A DNA stretch of 64,000 bases from the human T2T-CHM13v2.0 reference genome, Homo sapiens, in NCBI RefSeq assembly GCF_009914755.1, contig NC_060934.1. One strand, written 5' to 3'. The position numbers were made by a program, and so were the translations under genes. Every line of letters begins with the position of its first letter. Positions within the stretch are counted from its first letter, which is position 1. This document shows, piece after piece, positions 32,528 through 47,372 of this stretch. The notes beneath the pieces were generated by a model that was not told where the DNA came from, did not search any database, and saw only the letters and a list, made by a program, of their open reading frames with translations.

Positions 32528-33949
32528 AGAGTTACATCTGGATTGGAATTCTGCCTCTGTCTGCTAGCTTGGAGCTCTTTGGATCTTTTTCTTCATTCAA
32601 AACTTGGAACTAATGACACCTACCCACAAGACGTACAGAATGTCACATATATAGTAAGTGATAAGTATTTGCTTATTAATAAATATTGAAAAAATTATAT
32701 AGGCCTAAACTCTTGAATTAAATTGTCTTAAATATCAAAATATTAAAATATTAAGCAAAATGACAAAAAAAGGAAAATTGAAAAAACAAATAAAAAAATT
32801 AAGCAAAATAACCCTGAAACTATAGAATAAAATTTTATACCAAGAGGATAGTTGTAAAAAATGACACTATTAAACATAAGCAATCTGTCAACAATTCAAT
32901 GTCAGTGTAATCCTTTCTTTTCTGGTCTATTTTCATACATTGTCCTTCTCCTCCTCTTCCCCAGCGAATTACTCCTTCTCCCCTTGTGAACCAGAAAACT
33001 ATGAAGAATCCTTCGTAATTTTTAAAATTTTTAATTAACAGAGTTTCCTAATAGCAGGAGATATGAAATAGACACTATATTAGAGGAAAATCTCGTATTA
33101 ACAGCACAAAGTTTAGAGTAGATAATTAAGAATTAATGAATTGCCTATAAAAACTTCCATAGGGATTAACTATACCAGAGAAATGCAGTAGATACAATTT
33201 AGGAGTGTGAGTTCTTTAATTAATTACAAAGAAACTTTTATTTTACACAGGGGCCACCCCTGAGAGGGCTTTCCCATGAGCTAGGGGAGTGAGTGTTCAA
33301 GAAAGCAGCTTCCAATGACTCAGACCCCTCACCCAAGGTGAGGATTGAAATGAGAATTAAGCAACTAGAGGCCTATGCTTGCCCTTACTGAGAGCATTCT
33401 GCAAAGCAATACAGACAAAAGGAGGTCACAGCACGGGAGAGATGAAACAAATGAGGTTGGAGAATTGACACATGGCATCTACTTTTTAGAGAACTTTGTA
33501 GTGAAGAGAATGAGAAAAAAACTACCCTTTGACAGCACGGCAAGGTCAAGAGAAGTTGTTTTGTTCATCAATTGTCATATGGGTTTGTTATTTGATTATT
33601 TTAAGAGAAGGGGGAATGAGCTTTCTAGAGAGGCTGAGGAAAGAAGCAGAGAGGTAGCAACCGACTATACGAGGACCCCAGGGTATATCAAGGTCCTGTG
33701 GCCTTGGAGGGTAGAGCCCAGTAAGGCATGGAGGAGCTGGCCCAGGGTTGGAGAAAACATGAGAAGAATGGGAGGACACACAAATACATTTGGAGGTTAT
33801 TGGGAAACAAGTGAATGGAGTTCCCAGCAGATCTCACGTTCCTCTGATCTCAACATCCCTCTGCTAAGAAATAGTATGAAGAGGGAGCAGGAAGAGAGAG
33901 TGGTAAATGTGGAAACAAACCATTTCACAAATGACAGAAGAATCAAAGG

Positions 33950-34626
33950 TGGCATATTCATTTTCTATTGCTGCATAACAAACTACCATAATCTTATATT
34001 CATTTATTATCTCAGTTTCTGTGGGCTAGGAGTCTGGGCATAGCTTCTCTGCTCAGGGTCTCATTAGGCTGCAATTGAGGTGTTGACTGAGATATATTCT
34101 CATCTGAAAGCTCACCTGGGGAAGAATCTGCTTCCCAGTTTATTCAGGTTGCTGGAAGAATTCATTTCTTTATGGCTGAGTGTCCTGACTTTTTGCTGGA
34201 TGTTAGCTAGAAGCCATCCTCAGGTCCTAGAGGCTGCCTGCAGTCCCTTACCAATGGGCCTCCTCAGCAAGGTCACTTACTTCATCAGGGCCACCACCAT
34301 TTGAGATATAGGCTTCCCTGAATCCAAAGTTGTTAGCATCAGGTCCCACCTGCCTTCATCCCTCACCATTCCCCGCCCCCCTTGCTTGCCTTATCCCAGC
34401 TACAATGGCCTTTTTGGTATTCCTCTGTCTCTAGCAGGAGTCTCTAGCTCTCATGTGCCCAAATTTTGCACAATGTAACTCACCCACAGGAGTGACACAC
34501 AGTCACCTTTGCCATATCCAAGCAAGTCAAAGGTGCTGCTCACACTCAAGAGGAAAGCATTATATCAAAGGAATGAACACCAGGAGGTAGCATCACTAAG
34601 ATCACCTTAGAATCTATCCATCACAG
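33950..34626 (-). mobile_element. MLT1 (E/F-like) LTR interrupted by a templated insert
   Basis: ttttctattgctgcataacaaactacca...cagtttctgtgggctaggagtctgggc...aagcaagtcaaaggtgctgctcacactcaagag...ccatcaca. Confidence 0.8.
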
Positions 34627-36643
34627 ACACTTCCTTAGTGTGGGTGTCCAGAGCCAGAATCTAGTGCAGGGACTGGGGCAAATGCTCCTGGCACTGGTGC
34701 CTCCTGAGTCAGCCGATACAGATGAAGCCTTAGCTTCTCCACTCTGTTTACTTGCTTGTTTATTTAGAGGTTTTGCCATGCTGTTTTGCAGTGGAAAAAA
34801 AGAAGGGAGGCGGAGATAGTAATATTTATTTTCTGAAAGAGAACTCTCTTCTCATGTAAAGGTTAAAAGAGCTGTGTTATTTGTGTTTCCTTGGCCTGGG
34901 TTTTCAAAAACCTGAGTAACAAGTGCCCAAATACCTCCATGTGCTGACAGAATTACTTCTCCTGCTTAAATGTCTCAACACCCATGGGGACAACTTGGGG
35001 TAAGGGAGACAATAGTATCCCTGCCCCTGACCTTGAATTTCAAGTCTCAATCTTTATTGACAGAGAGGCAAGCCGTTAGTCTTCACAACTGTACAAAATA
35101 AAATCACCAGCACTCTGCCTTTCAGCCCAGCCTGGCCATCTTCATAGTTGAAAACAACGGCCCATTGTTGGGTTAGAGAGCTACAAATGGAACAGTGGGG
35201 CTGAATCAGCAAACTGTGTTCGGTGTGTGTACACTGACAGTGGAGAGCTGACAAAAAGATCCCAGGAACAATGAGCAACAGGCACGTGATTCTGGAGGCG
35301 TGTGAATGTGTAATTCTGACTTGCACTCTTGGTAATGAAAGTGAGGCACAGAAATGCCAAGAACACACAAAGCATTTGCTGTCAGTGCATTTGTACTGCA
35401 ATTGTTTAGGCACTCTTTTAATCAAGCCATAATTGGTGCTGGGAAATTAACACATGGGCACCTCTCTAAAAATCTTACAGGCTCTAATTGTGCTCACAGT
35501 CTCAAAAGTACCACGTGGTACTGAAACAAAACTTCAGAATTAAAACTTTGCTCCCTCAATTAGGGTTTTCTGTTGCTACATAACTATGATTTCATTAAGG
35601 AGGTCCTGTGTTAAGATACAAATGCCATGAAATCTGAGGTCAGCCTCCCCATGAATTGTTCAAATCCCTATCTTCAAACATCTTATCAAGCAAGCATATA
35701 GCTTCTGCTGGTGTTCCTCCAAGGACTGTGAACTTACTACTTACAATGGGGGTCCTCTAATGGACTGAAATCTGCCTCCTGGTAAGTTCTATCTAAGATC
35801 TAAGATCTATCTACAGGAGCTACATATTCTAAGTGTAACTTTTCTTCCCCTTGACAGGCTGTCAGATATTAAGAATCAGACTTCTTCCTGAATAGTGACT
35901 TCAAGGATGGGTACTATACTGAAAATGGAATGTCTCAGATTGGCTTTCCAGAAAAGTGCCTGAGATAAAGACAAGAATATATCAAGGTTTCTGGGAAGAC
36001 AAGTAATGAAGTACAGGAAGCAGGAGAAGGGAAACAGGAGGAAGACAAACAAGGGGGCAACTTCAGGCAAAGCCTCACCAAACCCTAGAGCTAAGCAAAG
36101 CTTCGGAGCTGTCCCATCCCTAGTGAAGGCTGTTGGACTTTCATATTCTCACCCTGAGAGTCGTTGGTCAAGGGCTGCCTGGTGTTGGGCGAGGGCCAAT
36201 GTAAACTCCCAGGAATTGCAACTCTGCACATATCAGCAAGTGCTCTGGTATCCTAAGGGAAGTTCTAAATAAAAATTTAAAAAAATTAAAATTAAAAAAG
36301 GACACAGGTTCCCACACTGAAGGCAAAAGCATCTGATACCTGGAAAGGGATGCACAGAAATGGTTAAAAAAAAGATCCAAGGGGGATCTTTATGGAGCAG
36401 TCACACATTGGCTATAAAAAAAAAATAACTGGCAGTTACATAGTGAGCAGCGAGAACTGCAGCTGCATTCCCTCACTCAGCAATGAGAACATCTGACAGC
36501 AATGTGCCTGCCTCCCAGGTAGAAGATGGGAGGCCACCTCTCTGGAAAAGCAGCCGTTCTGACAGAAAAATCCAGAAGTGCTGAAGGTTTAGGGTTCCCA
36601 AAGGATGAAGCTGAATCAACCTATAGTGAATGTACAAATAGAC

Positions 36644-36644
<1 letters not shown>

Positions 36645-36678
<34 letters not shown>
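36645..36678. repeat. (CA)n microsatellite
   Basis: Direct reading. Confidence 0.95.
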
Positions 36679-36680
<2 letters not shown>

Positions 36681-37898
36681 ATCTTAAATATAAACAATCG
36701 AGGAGCACAATAAATTTAAGGAATATCTTAAGGAAATCAAAGCAAACAAAATTTAAAAATAAACGTGTGAAAAATCAAAGTAATGTTTTTAAATAAAAGA
36801 ACACTGCAATTGCTATCCTCAGAAAGGCAAGAGAAACTATTTTACCCATGAAATAAGAATCAGAGTTATATAAAAGGAGTTGACATAAAACAAGAATAAT
36901 TAAAATATCTTAAAAAGCAGAGTAGACATAAAAGATTGAATAACAATTTTGGAAGACAAAGTTAAGAAGAAGAAGAAAGAACTAGCAAGGTAGGAAATAA
37001 AATGACAGCATAACACTAGGTGATCCAACATCCTAGAAAATAGGTGTGTTCCAGAAGAGAGGACTGAAAAGAGAAAATTATTTTAAAAAACTCAAGCCTC
37101 AGACTTCTCAAACTACTGGATGGGGGCAAAACTTTCAAAATTCTGAGGAAAGATGATTTCCAACCTAGAATTCCATTTCCAGCTTGACCATCAACTAAGT
37201 TTGAGGGTAAAATACAGATATTTTGAGAACATTCATTCCTAAAACAGACCTCTCCTGAATCCTTTTCTTTAGGAAGCTTTAGAGCATGTGCTCCATTAAA
37301 AAAAAAGAAAAGAAAAAAATCAATACAGTTACGGAGTAGGAAAAAAAATGGGATACAAGAAGCAGGGGCCCTAACACAGAAGAAGGAGAATCCCTGGCAT
37401 GGCTGATTAAGGAGATACAGGTTAGCCACCACATAGCAAACCTAGAGAGCAGACATTCAGGGTTGGAATTTAAGAATGGAGAGCAACAAAAAAATGTCTC
37501 CACAAAAAAAGGATACAACTGAGAGATTAGCTGATGAGTTTTAATATATTGAGAGGATATTTACACTTCTAGTGAAATGTTTGAGCATATACTAGTGGTA
37601 AGCACTAGAAAATGAAGAAAACAAAGAAGATAATTATTAGCTCCAGGGAAAAGAAAAAGCTGCACAAGAAAAGAAACATAATCATAGTACACTACGTGAC
37701 TCAGCTCAAAATATGTACTACCATAAAGAAAGTATTACACATTAAATATTCTAAAATATAATATAACTACCAGGGAGGGTGGAAGAAGAGAAATGGAGGA
37801 AGGGTGGAAAGAGGGCATGTGTAAGTTACATCTTTGCCTTCAACAACAGGTCAACAGACAATCTCTAGAACTCAAAAGAAAAAATCATGGAATTGAAG

Positions 37899-38709
<811 letters not shown>

Positions 38710-40689
38710 AGTGTAAGTGTATATTGGGAAGTGTGAGAAGAAACTGTGAAAAAGTGAAAAATAGCTCCTCCTGGGGTTTGGGAAGAACAGGGAAGAGCCA
38801 GCTGTTTTCTTTATAAACTAGTACTACTCTGCCTTTTAAAAAGAAAACCTATGTTAATGTATAACTTTAATTAAAATAACAATTAAATTACAAAATAAAA
38901 CTGCCGTAGCCAGGAGAAATATTAAACAGGCAAGAGCCATGACCAGATTTGTCTTTTTAGAAAATTCCCTCTTGAAGCTGTGTGGATTCAAAGATGGGAG
39001 TTAAAACTAAACTCACTCATTAATGATATGCCTGGGGAAGCATCTCAGGTAGAGAGAAAAAGAACTGCCTTTAATGATGTCTAGAAGGTGTGATCAAAAC
39101 CCTACAGAGGAAATCCAAGAAGAAAAGAAAGAAAACACAAAGAGGGTGTATTTAAAATCAGCATCCAGAACTCTGTACCTGGACTCAGCTCTGCAACCAT
39201 GTCAGTGTGACTTCCTCCTGCAGGCCATGACCCTCTGGGGAAGGGGCCAGGCCTTCATCACAGTCAGATGTAAACAGGCACCTGGTAAGTGCTTGCACAA
39301 ACAGCAACCCACAGCTTGTAACTACACAGTCATCCCATTCAGGTCTGCCAGGAGTTCTCATGACTGCCATGGGACTAACAGAGCATTTTTGTTCTCTTGG
39401 CTATTACCTTTTAAGTATTTCCTTAATTTAAAATTAATGTAAAATTCAATAGCAACACAAGGAAAATCATACCTGAAGGGTTAATCGTCCATTGAAACAA
39501 ACACCGGCTCCTTTCACTGGCATTTTGCATTATTGTATCATAAAGATAATGGGCAATGACTCATTCAACTGAGAAGGAAATAGTTCAAAGCTAAAATTAT
39601 TTTGGTTCATTCCCAGTATTGACAGAATGTGTGTGTATGTGTGTGTGGGTGTGTGTGTGGGTGTGCATGTGCCCACACACATGCATATTTTCAAACAGTC
39701 CATAGAAATAGGAGACACACCTATATTGGATACTACAGTAACAGTTAACACAGGCAAGTGCTTGATAGTTTAGAAGGTTGACAAGACAATCTGGAGGTAA
39801 GTAGTATTATTAACCCTGTTTTATAGATGCAGACACCAAGGCTCAGAAAGATTATAGAACTTGTGAAACACAATTGTCTAGTGAGTGAGTGAGCTGGGGG
39901 CTTGAACAACTGTCTCTCTGACCCTCAAATTTGTACTCTTTTTCTCTGTATCTTGCCATCAGTGAAGCTCAAACCTAACACATGACAGGGTTTCAGAAAC
40001 ATCGATCAGAGCAGAGCCCGACTTACACGGCATGGGCAAAATGACTAGCCGAAACCATGATACCACTGTGTGGGTATCATGAAAACCACCATGAGCAACA
40101 CAACCACAAAGCCCCAGGCATCTCAGAAGGGGCCACTCCCCAGAGCTCTGCCTTCGTTTGCTGCTACCTGGTCCTCTGAACATGCCCTGGCAAGTAGTAG
40201 ATACCAAGTGTCAGGGGCTTAACAGAAATTTTAGGGAGAAAGACTTACAACTAATTTTTTAAAATTCAGTGCATTTTAGGAGAAGGTGGTCATTCACATA
40301 TCTTAATCTGTCACTTTAGTCAGACACTTTGGTCTGCTCAAAGCTCATCGGTATCCCAGAAGATCAAGGTCCAAGATGGTAGCCTCATCCAGGATGGAGA
40401 CATAGAATTCCCTGGCAGTGCTCAGTGGCATCAACCAACAATGGATTCACTGAAACCATCTCCACTTTATTAAAACAAATTGCTAATTAATTGGGAGTAG
40501 GTGAGTGATATTATTTAGTCAAATTTCTATGATGAGACACTCAAAGTGCAAGAGTTCATTAACTTTTTCTGCAAAGGACCAAGAACAGTAGTTCCTGCTG
40601 AGCTCTGGCCAAACTGCAAGCCCATAAGCAAATAAATGATTAATATTTTAGCCAATTTGTTATCTCCAAACCTTCTATTCTTTCTTAAA

Positions 40690-42165
40690 TTCTCCAATCA
40701 TGTTGCCCCACCTCTCCACCAAAATGCTCTTGCCAAGGTCATCTATATATTGCTAAATCAATGGTTCCATTCTCAGTCCCCATTTTATTTGACCTATAAA
40801 AATCATTTGAACCAGCTGATCACTCCTTCTTCCATGACACACTTGGCATCCAGGCCCCATAAAGCCTTGGTTTTTCTTCTGACCCATTGTTCCCCGTCTC
40901 AGCCTCTTTTTCTGATTCTTCCTTTTCTCCTTTGTTTTCATGTTAGTGTGCCCATGGACTCAGTCTTTAGCCTGCTTTTCTGCTCTACCTATGACTGTAT
41001 CAGCAATCTCATCTAGCCTCATGGTTCTAAATATCACATACGAATGATGTTTTCATATCTTTCATATGTGACGTTTAGAATCATGAAAATGAAGTCTGGA
41101 GTTTTGAAGATACTTAAGGCGATACAATTTTATATAGGGTAGTCAAGACAGGACTTTAGACAGGTGTTCTAAACTAAATGATAGTTTCGTGAACATATTA
41201 TGGACAAATTCAATAATATTCCTCAAGACTCATCTTCCAATCTCCAGACTTCATTTTCCAACTGCCTCTTATGCTTCTACTTGGATGTCTGATAAACATC
41301 TCAAACATAACATGTGCAAAACCGAATCCTTGATATCTCTGCCAAACCAGCCCCACACACACAACCTTCCCCATTTCAGTTGATGGCAACTCCATCCTTC
41401 TACTTGATCAGGCCCAAAGCTTTGATGTCATCCTTGACTCTTCCCTTCCTCTCCTACTCTACATCCAATCTGTCCTGAAACCTCCCTTTTGGCTCACCCT
41501 TCAAAAGCACATCCAGAACCTGACCACTTCTCACTGCCTGCACTAAAGCTGGTCTGAGCCAACCTTGATTCTTGCCTTGATTATTGTGATAACCCCTATA
41601 TCATCCCTCTACTTCTACATTTGCTCTCAAGTTCTCATCAAAACAAACAGCGTTGTTAAATGTCAGATGATGGCACTCATCCACTCAAACCCTACTATGG
41701 TTCCCTAATTCTATCAGAGTAAAAGCTAAAGTACTCAAAGTCCTATATGATCTTCCCTCTCCCTTACCTCTCCATCATCCATATTCTGTCTCTTTCCCCC
41801 TTCCTCATTCCACTCTAGTCACATTGGCTTATTTGCTTTTCCTCAACTAAGTCAGGCACACTCCCACCTTTGGGTCTTTGAATGGTGATTTTCTGTCCCT
41901 GCCATGCTCTTCCCCAAGGTACCTACCTGGCCAACTTCCCTTCTCTTTTTCAAGTATTCGCTGAACTATCATTTTCTCAAGTCTTGTCTAGACCACCCTA
42001 TGTAAAATTGTATCTCCTTGAGCACCCCCTAGCTTCCTTACCTAAGCCAGAATGGGAGCACCACAAGGGCAAGAATCTTTGTGTTTATTACTGATTGATC
42101 CCAAGCACCTAGGACAATATCTGGCACTTAATATATTCTTAACGAATAAATGAATGAATGAATGG
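40690..42165 (+). mobile_element. L2a 3' portion (~1.4 kb)
   Basis: ctcttgccaaggtc...acttggatgtctgataaacatctcaaac...gatggcaactccatcctt...aataaatgaatgaatgaa. Confidence 0.85.
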
Positions 42166-42289
42166 CCCAAAGTCAAAGTCATGCAGATCATTAGGGGAAG
42201 GGTCTTATGTAAGTCACTTCTCCTTTTAAAGTCCTGTTTTCCGTGTTGTAAATTGAGAGCACTACACTAGGCTTCTTCTTGTCCCAAAG

Positions 42290-42842
42290 CACTATGTCTC
42301 TGATTTGATGGATCTGTCCTTCCTGGCAGTCATATCTTCTTCTTCAGCAATAGTTCCCAGTTTTCACTGGGCATCCATTGCCCATTCAATCAGGCCATGT
42401 GGTCTGGAGGGAATCCCACATCTACTTTTGGATGTGATACATGATCCAGGCGCACGCCCATCAGCACATTGCATTTTCCAGGCCATTATAATTGGTTCAG
42501 GAACAGGCAAAGGAACCAATCAACAACATTCAGTGTCACTTCTAAGTGAAAATGCAAGGGGAGCAGCACGTACTTTTCACCTCAGTGCCAAGAGCTTGTT
42601 AGGTCTAGAGTTGTCATCTTGAGAACATGTAGCTGCTGGGGACAACCAGATTGAATGAAGTCAATTCCATGGAAGACAGAACAAAGAAATGGGAGGACAC
42701 CAAGTCCTTGTAGCATCAACCATACCCTGAATTTAGCTGGTACCCTGAACTTTTCTGGGATGTGAATCAAAAAACTCCATATATGGCTTAAGCCAGTTCG
42801 AGTTGAGATTTCAGCCACTTGCAGTTAAAAGAATCCCGACAC
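42290..42842 (+). mobile_element. Old MLT1 LTR
   Basis: 3' end gcttaagccagttcgagttgagatttcagccacttgcagttaaaagaatcc. Confidence 0.55.
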
Positions 42843-43596
42843 TAGAGCCTAAGAACGTTTGTGAGACTGTCTTTACTGGGAGACAAGCTAAAATTTGAGA
42901 TGGCCCCTTCTCACTGATAGACTATACAATTTACAGCCTCATCCCCACCCCACCATCCATTTTGGCACAAAGATTGAAAGTTCATTACACAATGAAATCA
43001 CAATGTGATAACCTCTACCTGCCTTCATTCTTTCTTCCATCTCTATGTGTGAATTTTTTAAAAAGTCTTAACCAATAAAAGGAATTATTCAAGACTTCTC
43101 TATTTGCCCAACACACATAGATCATACACATATAGCAGGGACCCAATACATAATTACTGAATGATCGAATAAAGAGAACATTACTAATAAGTTGTTTCTT
43201 TCCCTTTTTTTGTTATTAATGCTTCAAACACAGCAAACAGCAGATAAAAATGATGATGGATTTTATTGAATTATATTTGGTACATGCTACATGCTACATC
43301 TATTGGAGCCAGTTCTGGCCTTTCTAGTTTAAGAGGGATACAGGGTACTTGGAGTGAGTACAGAGATTAAACCAATGATATACTGGAAAGTACAACGTAT
43401 TAATCCAGCGTAAGAGAATAGACAACAGCAAGAAACAACTAAAGAGACACTTACTACTCAACAAATGTACAGAATCCAAGAGCTTAGAGATCATCTGACC
43501 TAATAACCACCTCATTTTACAGAAGAGGTAACTGAGGCTTTCAGAACCAAGGTGACTAAAGGAAATGCCAAGGCATCTGGGATGCATTCTAGGATA

Positions 43597-43763
43597 CCGC
43601 TTTTCAAACTGTGGGTCAACATCTATTAGTGGGTTGTGAAATTAGTTTGTAGGTTTGGTCAATTTTTTTAATGAACAAATGAGAATAGAACAGAATAGCA
43701 AAGAAAAAATCTGAATGCATTTTCTATAAGGGTAGGTGTTACTGCATAAAACTTTTGTTTCAG

Positions 43764-43809
<46 letters not shown>

Positions 43810-43888
43810 TACATATTGTGTCCTGAGTCAGGATGTAAAATGCACCTCATACTATGAATCAAGTTTTAAAAAGTTTGTAAATCACAGA
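43597..43888 (+). mobile_element. hAT-Charlie fossil (Charlie4z-like) containing a (CA)n at 43768-43805
   Basis: ttttcaaactgtgggtc...attagtgggttgtgaaatt...aatagaacagaatag...aaaagtttgtaaatcac. Confidence 0.55.
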
Positions 43889-43977
43889 TCAAGGAAGATG
43901 AGGGCAGTGACTGATAATGCATTGTGTTCAGAGCCCAGCAGAGAAGACCTGTGCTGATTTTGACTCCATGTTCAACA

Positions 43978-44135
43978 ACAGTGAGTGCAAACCTAGACAA
44001 TCATCAGAATCACCTGGGGAGATTTTTTAAAATACAGATTCCTGAGCACCACTTCCAAAGATTCTGAAGGTCCAGAAAAAGTGTTTTATTTTTTAAAAGC
44101 TTCCCAGGAAATTCTCATGCACAGATTAGTTTTAA
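43978..44135 (+). mobile_element. MER5A DNA transposon
   Basis: catcagaatcacctggggag...aaaatacagattcctg...agattctga...ttcccaggaaattctcatgcac. Confidence 0.75.
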
Positions 44136-44382
44136 GACCAAATATCCCTTTGAAGGAGAAAATCAGCAAAAGCTCATCCTCTATTGAGATCAATCTACAA
44201 AGTGCTACAAGAGTGGCTACAGAGCAACTTCAGGTTGTCTTTTAGGGCACTGACACATGGGTCTCCTGCAAAGGGTGATGTTTGCATCAGACACCACCCA
44301 CAGATATTCACAAATAAGGATTTAAGGTTTCCTGGAGACCTAGGGAAGCTAGAAAGGAGAGAAATAAAGGAGGAAGGCCAAT

Positions 44383-45562
<1,180 letters not shown>

Positions 45563-45747
45563 TTTAGGATCTCAAAGTGGCTGGACAGAAAGTCAACAGA
45601 CAGGGGCAGGAGGGAAGGGTCTGGAGAGTTACCAAACTACTCTCAGGAGACAGTCAGGCATCTGAATTACGCATACCATTTTTGACAAATGCGGTTTGAG
45701 ATGTGGTTTGCATGCAAGATGACTAGGTTTAGAGTCATTTAACAGAA

Positions 45748-46598
45748 TTGTTTTACGGATTGAATATCTGAGTCCTGCTCAAAATTGAAATGTTGAAGCC
45801 CAATCCCAGCATGATGGCATTAGGAGGTGGGAACTTTGGGAGATAAGCAGTGAAGGGTGCAAGAATATGCTGCCACTTGGTAAAAGGATTATTTTGAGCT
45901 AAATTCACTTAAGAAAACAGCAGACGCAAGAAGCGTGGCACTCTGGCCTCCCCCTTTTTCTACCTAAAAGTAGAAGATAAAACTCTCATGGGAAAAAATG
46001 TCCTCCCTATACCAGAAGGAAATCTGTACAAATCTTATGCAAATAACCCCTCCGAGTTAATTTTCCACCATTAACTGCCCTAGCCCAAGCCTCTTGGTCC
46101 TGTAATGTTTCCATAATTTGCTACTCTTTGTCCAGTTCAGTATGTAAGTATTTAATTCTAACTGCTTCTTTGGGTTGTCAGTTCCTTATGAGGGCTGAGT
46201 CACATAAAACTTAAATAAATATATATGCTTTTTTCCTGTTAATTGTATTTTTCTCAATTTAATTCTCAGGACCAGCCAAAAATGCTAAGAGGAAAGAGGT
46301 CAAATTTGGCCTTCCCTACTGTCGGTTTAGATGAGGTCATGAGGGTAGGAACCCCATGATGGGATTAGTATCCTTACAGGAAGAGGAAGGGACCAGAGCT
46401 CTTTCTCTCCACCATGTGAGGATGCAGCAAGGAGGCAGCCACCTGCAAGCCAGGGAGAGAGCCCTTACCAGGCACTGAATCAACTGACAACCAGATGGTG
46501 GGATTTCCCAGCTTCCAGAACTATGAGAAATAAATCTTCCTTGTGTAAGCCCCAAGCCAATAGTATTTTGTTATAGCAGCCTGAGCTGACTGAAACAG
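45748..46598 (+). mobile_element. MLT1A-like LTR interrupted by a MER34-like ERV1 LTR
   Basis: tgttttacggattgaat...tgttgaagccc...; resumes ttagatgaggtcatgagggt...agtattttgttatagcagcctgagctgactgaaaca. Confidence 0.8.
45851..46320 (+). mobile_element. MER34-like ERV1 solo LTR
   Basis: tgaagggtgcaagaatatgc...aaggattattttgagctaaa...aacagcagacgcaagaag...taaaacttaaataaa...ccttccctac. Confidence 0.65.
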
Positions 46599-47000
46599 AT
46601 TGCTTTTGCACATTTCATATTCTCTTAAAAGGGAAATTCCTTGAGGTCAGGGACTTTGTTGTCTCATAGGAGTCCCTGTACCTCCAGTAACTGGACAAGC
46701 ACTTGGAACATAATAGGTGCTCAATAAAGACTTGAGGAATAAGAGTCTCCCTGAAGGCAACATCTGTGTCTAAATTGGTTGCGTAGCTCCTATATCATCC
46801 AAGGTTGCACTTCACCATCACTTTCCTTGTCTATGAAATGGAGATTAGCATTTTGCTACATGAATTAAATGACATAATGTGTGTCCAGCACTTAGCACTC
46901 TTCCAGAAATATTGGAAGCATTTAAAGATCAGGACAGTTTTGTACTATTGTGATTATTGTTATTGCTATTATTTTTCTTGTTGCATACAGCAAGTGCTCA

Positions 47001-47372
<372 letters not shown>

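Noticed and set aside
33375-34043. 222-aa ORF
   Set aside because: Lies in degenerate L2-like sequence and ends in MLT1; no protein family resemblance.
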